This document shows, piece by piece, positions 31,534-42,171 of a stretch of DNA of 42,171 nt. Under the pieces are notes generated by a model. The model was not told where the DNA came from, made no database searches, and worked only from the letters and a program-made list of their open reading frames with translations. Where the stretch lies: contig JBNGIO010006284.1 of the NCBI GenBank assembly GCA_049999805.1, positions 1 to 42,171 of the forward strand, written 5' to 3'. The stretch is from Folioceros fuciformis (lineage: Eukaryota). Position numbers and translations under genes: made by a program. Every line of letters starts with the position of its first letter. Positions within the stretch are counted from its first letter, which is position 1.

Positions 31534-31826
31534 AGTTCGCTATCACGAGTCTGTTTCTCGTTCAACCACGGTTCAAGCTTTCCGTCTCCTGCGCTGTCTT
31601 TGGTGAAGTGCAATCTCGCATCAGGCAAGTCTGTTTAGCATGAGTCACTACGAAGTTTTCTAATAGGATGCCACCGTGTGCCAAGGAGCTGAAGGAGGGG
31701 ACAAGCATCTACCTGACGCAATGTGCGTAGTACAACGCCTGGCGGTTCCACCCTGCTGCCCTGGTCATCAAAATCTTTCTCAACTTCTGTGCTGTGAAGT
31801 CCGTTCTTGTACGGAAATCTATTAGA

Positions 31827-31913
31827 CACATGATGTATTTCATTTGGAAAAAGTGCACATGATGTATTTCATTTGGAAAAAGTGCACATGATGTATTTCA
31901 TTTGGAAAAAGTT
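31827..31913. repeat. 29-bp tandem repeat x3
   Basis: cacatgatgtatttcatttggaaaaagtg three times; the last copy ends in t. Confidence 0.93.
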
Positions 31914-32156
31914 CCGGCCAGTCAGGGGTTACTTCTTTGTGACTGCACGGCTTCCTGTCACGGAGTTATCAAATTCTGGAAGTAAACCTAACAATTTACT
32001 GCTTGTGTCGCATGTGTTGTTCTTCCGACAGCGCATTGTCAGTTTTGAGCACCGGATTCTGGACTGCGCATTTTGCGACCTTCACACTGCTGCAGCAGAA
32101 CTCCGCTGTTGTAGCGCGGCCAGCTGAAGCACGAGCTGTTGTCGGAGGTGGCGGCG

Positions 32157-33116
32157 ATGATTCTGCTGCAAGGGCCGTCGCGAGCGCTGCAGCATACTCT
32201 TCACGCTCGACTGCGCTCTCTGGACCGGGGAGTGGAGATCGACTATCATCTGGTGGAGTTCGATGACGTGCGGTACCACATCTACGCCACAGCCAAGGAG
32301 CCGCATCACCTCTTCTTGTCCATCTCCATTCCTCCGCCTCCGCCGGAGACGGTCTTTTCCGGCGGCCTGCCCTTCGGTGCGACGGAAGCTGTGAGAGGAG
32401 CTTATGGCGGTGCGGTGCAGGTTATGGAAACTACGGAGCCCGGGTTTCATCTCACCTTGAGGCTGGATCTCACCCGACTTCCTGCTGACGAGGGAGAGCG
32501 CATAAATCTGGTGACGAGGCTGGCGTCCCTGCGGTCTGTGGTGCTAGGAGCTCCGCTGCGCAAGATCTTGAAGCATCTGGCGGCGAAGCAGGTGGATCCG
32601 GATGCCGACTCGCTCACCTCACTGGTGCACAGGCCGAAGGAGTCTTATTTTGTGATCCCCCAGCCGGAGAAGGTGATTGTGGTTTTCCCGATGCGCTTCA
32701 AGGATGGGAACGATGTCATTCTGGCAACGTCCTTCTTGCAGGAGTTCATGGAGGCGAGACGCACCGCAGGTCTCAACACAGCGCCCCTTTGCAAGTGGTC
32801 TCCTACTCCTCCCCTTGAACTCAAAGGTGCACCTCCTCAAGCCCTGGATGCCAATTCCGGATTCATGTCCTTCGTCATTTTCCCTCGTCATGTGGAGGGG
32901 CCCGACAGCCTTGACAGAGTAGTGTGGAGCCTCTCAACCTTCCATTCTTACGTCGGCTATCATATCAAGTGCTCCAAGGCCTTCATGCACACCAGAATGA
33001 GGAGGAGAGTGGACATTCTGATTCAGGCCTTTAACAGAGCCAAGCCAGAGGTGGATCCCACCACAGTGAAAGAGCGGAAAACAGCACAGGGGAGATCTTT
33101 CAAGCGGTCTGTGTAA
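32157..33116 (+). CDS. ARPC2: Actin-related protein 2/3 complex subunit 2 (p34-Arc), intronless
   Basis: MILLQ..SR, VEFDDVRYHI, VHRPKESYF, VVFPMRFKD..D..LATSFLQEFMEARRTAGLNTAP, FVIFPRHVEG, YHIKCSKAFMHTRMRRRV; single open ORF of 319 aa. Confidence 0.95.
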   Translation: MILLQGPSRALQHTLHARLRSLDRGVEIDYHLVEFDDVRYHIYATAKEPHHLFLSISIPPPPPETVFSGGLPFGATEAVRGAYGGAVQVMETTEPGFHLTLRLDLTRLPADEGERINLVTRLASLRSVVLGAPLRKILKHLAAKQVDPDADSLTSLVHRPKESYFVIPQPEKVIVVFPMRFKDGNDVILATSFLQEFMEARRTAGLNTAPLCKWSPTPPLELKGAPPQALDANSGFMSFVIFPRHVEGPDSLDRVVWSLSTFHSYVGYHIKCSKAFMHTRMRRRVDILIQAFNRAKPEVDPTTVKERKTAQGRSFKRSV

Positions 33117-33639
33117 TACCCAGGCCATGTCCAACCAGGAGAACTCCGTTTTAGCGGAATCAGATGTTAGCCCACAGCTTTCGACTGACCGAAAGAAAAT
33201 GCTCTCTGTACGGACAAGAAGGAGGCAGGCAGCCCAACGCCGAGAATGTTGGCACGCTCCATTTAGGCCATATGGAATAAGTGCAAGTGGCACAGTCATG
33301 GCTCGTTCCATCAAGGACAAGGGCAAGGCAAGATCAGGGCTGCTGCGAAATGAAAAGACTGAATTAGTGAAATGCTACGTTCATTCCCTCCTCGAGAGAT
33401 CCGAAGAATGGTTGGCGAGATATTTCTGTGCTCATGATGCTTTCTTCTCTGAAGGATGTCGAGTCCATCACGAATGGTCTTCCAGCCACGTGTGCCCATC
33501 CTTCGTGTGTACTTGATGAGCCTTGCATTCACCAGTACGAGCTAGGTTTTTCATGGTGAGGTCGGGGCTGCTCATTCTTTAGGACTGGCTTTTCCCGTTC
33601 TCAATTGGTAGCTTTGTAATTGAGAAATTGTGGTATGAG

Positions 33640-34770
33640 GAACACGAGGGAAGCTGCAGTCTCAGAGATGGAAGAGCTGAGCAGGTGCTTCTAGGATGAG
33701 AAGCTGTTAGGCGCTGTGGAAGCATTGCAGGCCCTCGTGGCGCCAGGGACTGAGCTCCTGCCTCTGTCTGCTTCCTCGGGCTGAGGAGGTGTATGCAGGA
33801 CAGGATTTTGGGTCTTGGCAGGGCCCTTGCTGAGGACGGGAAGGTGACCATAGAAGGTGGTGATTCTATGGTCATATTTGGTGGACATGTAGGGGAAGTA
33901 TGGCTGTTCGGAAGATGCCTGCAAGAATGGTGGTGACTTGGACATTCACGACCCCAGGGTATTCTCGGCTGAGAGCCGGACATGGATGAAGCCCTTGTAT
34001 TGTATTCTTTATGCAAAAGTAGGCTGTGAGCACAGCTGTTAGTGTTACCTTTGTGTGCCTTGTGCAAGCGTGTGCTGCTGCTGTTGGTGCTTCCAGCTTA
34101 CATAGACGGGAAAAATCTTGCAAACTGACGTGGTGGTTGGCAATTGTCTGTTGGACATGTATGTCAAGTGCGGGCATCTGGAAAATGCACGCAGAGTTGT
34201 TGAGGGGATGCCCTAGCAGAATGTGGTGCCATGGTCTGCCGTCCTTGCAGGATATGCCCAGAGGTGATGGTGAAGTAGCCCTGGATGTTTATGCAGCTGG
34301 AAGCACGTGACTCCTGCCATGGATGCACTTCATCAGGGAACGCAGCATAGTACGCTCAACTGTGCAAAGAGCTGCTGTTCATGCACTTCCTTGTCCTCTG
34401 CAGCCCTGCTGGCTTCCTGAGTCGAAACACTGTCACACTACGTCTTATTGTGTGCCGCGTTATGCAAAAGACACATGCATGCATATGATTACGTCCGTAG
34501 GTCCGAGTTATTCAAGATGGAGGGTGTGCGTGTGAACTGTGTTAAGTCTTATCTCAATGAAAGGACTGGACGTGGTGTCCTCACGTCTAATAGCGAAGCA
34601 GCCTCCTATATCGTGAAGGGCGGGCTACTGAGCTGAGAGAAGCCTGAACACCACGTCGAGTCCATGATACGAGAGTCGGTTATTGTGTTGTGTGCGTTGA
34701 CGTTGGACGTACTGGTGTCTACTGTGTGTAATCAGGCGTCACATTGCTCTGGCCAGGAAAAGGGGAACAA
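33640..34770 (+). pseudogene. Degenerate PLS-PPR pseudogene
   Basis: Fragments with frameshifts and stops: VTFVCLVQACAAAVG, LQTDVVVGNCLLDMYVKCGHLENARRV, MP*QNVVPWSAVLAGYAQ, GDGEVALDVY. Boundaries approximate. Confidence 0.8.
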
Positions 34771-36049
34771 CGGTGCCTACCTCTGCTTGTCTCGGCTCGC
34801 GCACTGGTGGAAGTGAGGAGCAGGTGATATGCGCATGGCAAACAGCGGGGGCGTGGCGAGTTTCAGCGAATGGAAACCGGAGGGCGTGGATCCGCTGCCT
34901 CAAGCCTTGCAGAAGCTCCTGGCCAGATGAGGCGGCGCCATCCCATGGCCAGCATCAGCGTCAGCCTCTGTTCCCCATCACAGACCAGCCGTCAGCCACA
35001 TCGCACCTGTTTCAGAGGCCCCAGGTGACGTCCTCTCGCCCGCACTCCCAGGCTTCGCGTGTTGAACATCAGCGGCGCCGGCATGAATCCCAGCGGATTA
35101 GTCCATCTCCGCAGCGCGCTGGGAGCCAACCCCAGTGCCGCGCTCCCTGCAACAATGCAGGCGAGCGGAGCAGAGGGGCTGTGCAGGTAGCGGCGCTGCT
35201 CCGTCCCCCTGTGTCCCTCCCTCCAGGGCGTGGAGATGCATTGGCTGGAATGTGGAAGGCGCGGAAACAATCGGGCAGGCCATGGCCAGGAACACCTCCT
35301 TTGTGCCTTCTCCTGCAAACCAGACTGGCTATGGGTGACGCGGGAAGCAGCAGGATCATCGAATCTGGCGTGAAGTATGGCAACAGCCGCATCATGATAC
35401 CTTCACATTTCCGACATGGAGAAGAGAACGTGGCCGACGGCCAGGCTCATGGCTAAGATTGAGGTAAGGGGTGTGGTGAGATGGAGAAGCGGTGGAGGAT
35501 GAGGAGGTGAAGGAGGCTCGGGGGAGGGACACCTCTATCAGAGCCAGGCCAGAGCCAACACTGCTGGGTTTGCAGGAGGTTGTGAACGAGATCTTAAGCG
35601 GGAGCAAATGTCCAGCTTCAGCCCCTCCTGCCTCACCCACATTCACCACAAACGGAAAGTCTCGACGTTGCCAAGTCTTTCCGAAGTCTTTCAAGTTTGT
35701 GGTGAGGAAGATTTTCCTGCCCAAGTCCGGCTCTATGACATATGGGCATCGGGACAGGAAAGGAAAAGGGCGTACTATGGGAAGGAAGAATGAGGAAAGC
35801 ATTGACGACCAAACGTTTCTAGAGCTGATGCCCGTACGCGAGGTCTTGGGATCGAATGTCTGTGGAAAATCTCTAATGTGCCATTGTGCGTCCTCCAAAC
35901 TCCTCCCCTCCAGGTTCCAGGTGCCAGATTTGAAATCTTATCCACCTTGAAGCCGTTCAGATTCACAAACCTGCATTAGAGTTACAGAAAAAAACGGATA
36001 GATTGGAATTTTCGCTCACGATTCGGTAGCTTTCGTTTTCCCGCCCTAG

Positions 36050-37110
36050 GAGAAATGAAGCGACACCATCTTTGGCTTCCAGGTGCATAAAGGCTTGCTG
36101 ATGATGTTTCTCGAACTCCCTTTCAGTTGAACATCACGAAAACAAGGACGACGATGGACACCGTTTTACACGGTCTGTCAGTTTGGCTTGATCATGTGCT
36201 TAGGTTGGTAGATGTAAGGATCAGTGGTTGGGAGACGCTGTTTCCAGGACAGGACCTGACTAATTCAAGCACAGCAAGGGAATTACAAGCACTCGGGAGA
36301 GAAGGAGCACGCCGAAAGTTTCAGGTACGTGTGTGGCGTACTTCCACCTTACCTCGCTGCGGACGTCGTGTCCGAGTTCGGAAACCTGCAACCTCTTTGA
36401 ACGATAGGTGATCGGATTGCACATCCACGGCTGATCCCGTGCTTGCTCTTGCTTGTGATCAGTTGGAGGCGGTGGAACGTGGAGCCGTTGCGGTGGTGCC
36501 AGTCAGGGACCTATTCTTTGCAGAGACCAGGTTCACAATGTATCTGATGCAACGCAATTCACTGCGAGAAGCTCTTATTGCTCTTTCCAGTTTCCAATCA
36601 ACTCTATCTCTTCATCCAAAGCCTGTACTCGAGCCTGCTGTAGCAGCTGCCATGGAATCTTTACTCCAAGCTCTGAAATTTATCGTCGGAATGCACGGGC
36701 TCTGTGTCATGAAGAATTCTGACCTTAAAACGGCTTCACATGATGGTCAGATTGCGACTGTGTTCCCTACCCTTCGCTCCCTTCGCCGGAGAAAGTAGGG
36801 TTGGCAACCTTGCCAAAGGCGAGGACATATGTTGTAGTTGCCAGCCGGATGTATACTGCTGTAGATCACCAATTGACATGGCTTTCCATGGACGAACACG
36901 AGAGAGAAATGTGTGAAAATTTGAAGGTTTGTCCTTCGCCACCCTCGTTGTTCTCACCAACGAATGGGATGGAATAAAGCCTTACCACATAAAAATTCCG
37001 CTCGCTCGCTCTCTTGTAGATCGGCTTCTATTTTTTCAACAAACAATTTGTGCAAGACAAAATTCCAGTCTGCTACGCTTTTGGAAACTGCTAGATGCAG
37101 CGTGCAGGGG
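36050..37110 (+). mobile_element. Possible decayed hAT-like transposase fragment
   Basis: LFFAETRFTMYLMQRNSLREALIAL resembles the hAT 'TRF/W..y.ml.R...l.eaL' block. Several stops; no terminal inverted repeats found. Confidence 0.25.
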
Positions 37111-37820
37111 ATGAAGCACAGCAACGCAACCAGACCTACTGAAATTACACATGCATTCCTGCATCACAAAACGTAACAAGTATTATATCCTACATACGGA
37201 TAATAGTATTATAGATAATAACAAACGTATGAAAAATATCTTAATTCGTTTCGGGCCTTCATCGCGCTCTTAGCTCCAAATGATACACAGAAAGGTGACT
37301 CGTGCCTGCTGTTTGCCGAACCACGCACATTTCCAAATAGGAATAAGGGGACCATGTATGTATGATAATATCAAATATGTATTACACGGAAAATTCAATG
37401 GCCAAATTTCAAACTGGTAACCGGATTTCAAGCGATGAAGAAAGACCATATACTCGCATATGAGCGTACCCTACTTTCACTTCGATTCACTGGCATATCG
37501 GTGCGCATTTGGAGTTCTTGTAAGCTGATCTAGGTGGCACTGCGGGATGGAGGATGTTTAATGGATCCAAGTTTTTATATACACGGAGTGGTATCCTTGT
37601 CTTGAAACTATGAATGAGGGGGGGAGAGACTTGAGGGACAACATTAAGGACGATGGTTAACCCTAAGTTCCATCACAAAAACGATAGCTAAATTTAGCAA
37701 ACAAGGACCGCAAAGGAGCTGTGAGTTGAACCTTGAGAACAATTTGTAACCTAGCTCAAAGGCTTAGGATCAGTCGGCCATAGCCTGTGTATATGTATTT
37801 GCAAATGTTATATGCATGTG

Positions 37821-38164
37821 TGTCGGGGACGAAAGATTCTCACTCAAGATGGCATGTGATTCCTTTTGGAGGAGATTTTCCAGCTGCAGACGACGCTCTC
37901 AATCACATCACAATTCACTAGCTGAAGTTTAGGGAAGATACCGCATATAGATGTGCTCCATGGATTTGCAGTGCAACGCGCACCATGCTCCCTTGCGTAT
38001 TTAAGGGGTGCAAAGACACACCTCGTTGTGCTGTACCTTTCCATGTTGTTACTCCGTCCCAGTCTCCTTTAACTTTTGTGCACTCCTTCACCAATGCTCC
38101 TTTTTGCTATTGTGCTCTCATAGCATCTCTCACTTTGCGTGTGTTGTGAGCTCTGTTCTCTGCA
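37821..38164 (+). repeat. Putative 5' LTR of the copia element
   Basis: TG(tcgggg)...CA ending directly before the PBS; TATA-like tatttaag at about 37998. The 5' boundary is tentative because no second LTR is in the window. Confidence 0.5.
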
Positions 38165-38177
38165 GATTATGGGCCCA
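38165..38177 (+). promoter_or_regulatory. Primer-binding site complementary to the anticodon arm of tRNA-iMet (half-tRNA priming)
   Basis: gattatgggccca matches GGTTATGGGCCCA at 12/13; that sequence is the reverse complement of tRNA-iMet TGGGCCCATAACC. It lies immediately after CA and just before gag. Confidence 0.75.
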
Positions 38178-41100
38178 TAAGATCAAGCAGCGATGATGAT
38201 CGAAAACGTATGCATCATTGAGAAGTTTGATGGAACAAACTACCACATGAAGAAGTTCAAGGTGTAAATCTTGCTAGAAGAGAAGGGAGACTGGAATGTG
38301 GTAAACGAGAAGGAGAAGTCACCAAAAGCCCAGGACACAACCAGAGCGACGAAATGGAAATAGCGGGATTGCAAAGCATTTGTTACGATCCATCTGAACC
38401 TTCAAGACACTCAACTTCAAATGGTGCACAGAGCAGAAACCTTAAAGGATGTTTGGGACTGATTGAGGGAGCGCTATGAGACGAATAGTCTGGTGAGCGA
38501 GGTATTCCTGGTCAAATGACTGGTCACACTGCAAATGGGGGAAGAAGGCAACATGAAAGAGCACTTGGCGAAGGTGAAGACCTTAAACGAGCAATCTCGA
38601 AGCTGACTTCAAGAAAAAAGTCTTCATCATCTTGCTTTTGGCCAGCCTCCCACTTACGAGACATTGATGGTTGCATTAGACTCACAAGGTGACACACTGA
38701 CCAAATAACTCGTTTGGTCAAGACTATTGCAGGCGGCAGCTTGACGCAAGGAGAAAAGGAAGGAGCAAGCTAATGAAAAGGACTCAACATCCATTGCTCA
38801 TGGGAACTCCAAGAGTAGCGGCAAAACACGAGGCGATGAGAGGACCAAAGCCTCAAAATCGACTCTGTCCACATTCAAGTGCTTCTACTGTGACGAGGTC
38901 GGTCACAGGCTTTGAGCTTGTCAGAAAAAGGCAGTAGATCTCAAGGCAAGAAAGGGAACCAAAGCATTTGATTCCCATAAGGCAAAGGTGGCTACCACGG
39001 AGGAGAGGGAGGCCACATCAAAGGCGTCTTCATGGTGACAATGGACAATTTGGAATCCTGGAAGGACTGCAATGAACAAGCATCAGTGCACACAAGCGCA
39101 ATGGGAGCACACAACCCACACGGAGAGGATGCTTGGTTCATCAGCTCCGCCACAACATCACACATGTCACCAAGAAAAGAGTGGTTCACATCGTTGAGTA
39201 AGATCGCACCAAAGCGAGTTCGCATGGGGGATGATTTCGTCCAACTCTTCGTCACAGTGGAAGACATACGGATTATGCTACCCCTTGTCCACGAAACACC
39301 TCGATCAAGGACTATGATATGGGGAGTGTTGTTTGTCACAAGACTCACTAAGAGCTTACTATCCGTGCACAGGCTCACAACTATTGGCTTGAAAGTGGCA
39401 TTCATGAGGTCAGGCTGCGTGATTAAGAACTCGTGCGGTGATAGAATTGCCGAACCCACCCTAGGGGATGACAACCTATAGTGGCTATCTTGCAGCATTC
39501 TTGAGACTAGAAGCAAGAGCGAGGAGCAGCTTGCAAGACAGAGGGCGAAACTAACCAAAATCAAGGTTGCAAACGAATCAATCTGATTGTGGCATAAGAG
39601 ATTTGGGCACCTAGGAGATTGTGACCTACGATTGTTGGCGAATCGCATGATGGTCCATGAGCTCACGCTTTTGGGCGATAGTGAGTTGAAGTTTTGCGAA
39701 GAGTATGTGTTGGGAAAGCTCTGCAAGGCTCCCTTCACACGGGAAGGAGCTGCATGAGTGCAAGCACCACTTGGACTTGGTGCACAACGACTTATGCGGA
39801 CCCATGAACACCCGATCACTTAGATGGGTACGGTATGTTCTAACATTAATCAACGACTACACAACATAGATATGGGTATACTTCCTAAAGTCGAAAGATG
39901 TAACACTCAACTATTCCAAGAAATTTAAGGCGTTGGTTGAAAAGGATTACGAAAAACTCATTAAAATCCTTCGATCAGATGGTGATGGAGAGTACACGTC
40001 AAAAGCATTCAAAGGATACTTAACAGAACACGGAATTCAACATCAAATTGCCCCCCGATCGGTACAAAACTCTACTATGGAGAGGATGCATTAGACAATT
40101 GTCGAGCAAGCTAAAAGCATGTTGCATGCTCGGAAGCTACACAACCAATCTTGGGCAAAAGCAGAGGCAACACTGGCATATGTTCAGAATCGTAGCCTGA
40201 CAAAAGCATTGAAGAACTAAGGCATTACCCCAGAAGAATCGTGGACGCGGCACAAGCCATCCATGAAGCATTTGAGGGTCTTTGGCTACAAGGCATACGT
40301 ACACATTCCAAGAGAGGAGTAGAGCAAGTTGGATGCCAAGTCCATCGAATGTATCTTTCTCGGGTACTCCCCGGGCAACATGGCATACTGGCTGTACAAC
40401 CCACAAACTAAGCGGATCAATCGAAGCAGAGATGTTATCTTCGATGAACGGGGAACACAATGAGAAGAATTGCTGCCCCCATCCCTCTTAGCAAGCAGGG
40501 AACTGCCGCAAGGCATGCTCGGAGAGAACCCATCGGAGCACATCAACCCCGTACCTATAGGAGATCAGGCAAGAGGAGCAGACTTGAGGACTAGAGGAGA
40601 GTAGGACACACTGGTCGCCGGTAATTACCTACTTCTTTTTGCGTAGCAGGTCCCCCCGACACACCCTTGCTTAGTCGATGTTGTGTTCTATCCTCCTCTT
40701 CCTCCCCCAATAGAGCCTCAGTGTATACCACTTCCCGTCTCCGCCTTCGCCAGCGACTCTGCGGCAATCGGGTGGACTCCGTGCTCTGCCCACCTTTCCT
40801 TGACATTATATCCTACCTTGTACCATGGGGTGGAGGAATTCTCCCTGCTCCCACGCCACCTCCAACATGTCAATTGATGTAGGCCTCAATAGCCTCCAAT
40901 TCCACCATCAAGGCCCCTCGTGTTCTTCCCTGCATGCACTTCTTGATAATCTCCTAACAATTTGTTCCCATCGCTGCACATCCAAGTAAACCCGCCGCAG
41001 GATTTGTCCTTACTCCCCATAGACTGCCTTCCATAGCCTCCCCACATTGCTCTAGGCCCAGCTCCTAGCTACAATGGCGGCTATGTCTTTGGCATTGTCA

Positions 41101-41326
41101 CTCCCTCCTGAGGCTGCTTTCACATGGTACCCCCTCCACTCCACTTGCAGCTCCTACAACATCCGCAACTGCCCCTCAAGGTCCAGTCGACTTGCAGGTA
41201 TGCCTTCACGTACCTCTCACCTTCACAGGCATTGAAACCGGCATACTAAGAATATGGTTCCACACCTAACCCATTTTTAGTTGCCTCCACAGCCCCCTAG
41301 AGTCCTCCCTTTAGGTACCCTTTACC

Positions 41327-41426
41327 NNNNNNNNNNNNNNNNNNNNNNNNNNNNNNNNNNNNNNNNNNNNNNNNNNNNNNNNNNNNNNNNNNNNNNNNNN
41401 NNNNNNNNNNNNNNNNNNNNNNNNNN
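41327..41426. other. Assembly gap (N run)
   Basis: Run of Ns. Confidence 0.95.
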
Positions 41427-42171
41427 CCATCCCTATTTGTCTGGTGTTCTAGCCAAGCAACGAATACCTACCAGGCAAGCACACCTGCCGGCTACAAAGC
41501 ACTAGATCAGAGCAAGTGCCACAACTGCATATGGTGGACAAGTAGCGATAGTTATAATTGCATATACCAAAGAGGCTGCCCCACATACAACCCATGTACC
41601 AGTAACTCCCAAATAGTTGTTCCAGGGGACCCGCCTTCGTCGACCTATCCACGCCATCTCCCACTCCACTCCCCTTGTTGTTGTCATTTATACTAGCCCC
41701 CGACCTCCAATGCTCTTGCGTACTGCACTACAACAGTCCCCAGCCCGCTATGTCGTGGTGGTTGCAAAGATAGAACCCACCTTAGGTTCTGGCCTATTGC
41801 TTGCCTCAACACGACATTCGAGTTGCCCGTAGTCACCAGAGAAGCGAATGATTCCGCTTCCATGCCAAAGATTTGTGTCGCAGCTGAGAATGCTGTGGCC
41901 CACACTCACCCCACTCCATTCGTTGAGCAAGATGCGGACCCAATACATGTCTGAGCTTCCCCTCCATTCTCCGCATTTTCTACAGCTGTTGGCTTGCAAT
42001 GTCGTTCGGCAATAGTTCAGCTAGCAAACAATAGAAATTGGGAGGTGTCGATGTTGTTAATGACCACTATTGCTTGAATGTAGCTCAATAAGATCATCTT
42101 TCTAGTGATTGCCGCCTTCATGCAATCCAATGTCCACCATTCCATCTTCGTGGGCAAGAGACTGGGGTTCA

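Larger units (their letters stand above)
37821..40590 (+). mobile_element. Degenerate, 3'-truncated Ty1/copia LTR retrotransposon (gag, zinc knuckle, protease, integrase; no RT/RNase H seen)
   Basis: IEKFDGTNYH (gag), CFYCDEVGH (zinc knuckle), AWFISSATTSHM (decayed protease), LWHKRFGHL, LVHNDLCGP, IKILRSDGDGEY, LRVFGYKAYVHIP..SKLDAKSIECIFLGY..SRDVIFDE. Multiple stops and frameshifts. Confidence 0.92.

Noticed and set aside
35492-35950. 152-aa plus-strand ORF and neighbouring ORFs at 34773-35456
   Set aside because: No ATG start, no recognisable motif and no clear splice structure; unsupported as a gene.
38992-39819. 275-aa minus-strand ORF
   Set aside because: Antisense to the decayed copia protease/integrase region.

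Overview
Gene-dense land-plant nuclear DNA with short introns. A DRH-ending DYW:KP PPR gene and the intron-poor housekeeping genes point to a hornwort (Anthoceros-like) or another U-to-C-editing seed-free plant; this is inference. From the start of the window: the 5' part of a LACS8/9-type acyl-CoA synthetase (-, running off the left edge), a clade-I serine carboxypeptidase-like gene (+), a PLS-PPR/E/DRH RNA-editing factor with an N-terminal OSB/PTAC9-type 'PDF' motif (-), a multi-exon kinesin-12 (-), a decayed tRNA-Arg(ACG) with an internal duplication, an alpha/beta-hydrolase-like + CAAX/CPBP fusion gene (+), an orphan ParB/Srx-like 'DNRRLW' ORF (-), nested tandem repeats, BAC2 (+), an intronless ARPC2 (+), a PPR pseudogene, a possible hAT remnant, and a truncated, degenerate Ty1/copia element with a half-tRNA-iMet (hemivirus-type) PBS. 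Three N-gaps are present. The strongest leads are the PDF-motif/PPR/DRH fusion and the ParB/Srx-like orphan. All family calls come from recognising motifs by eye; no searches were run.
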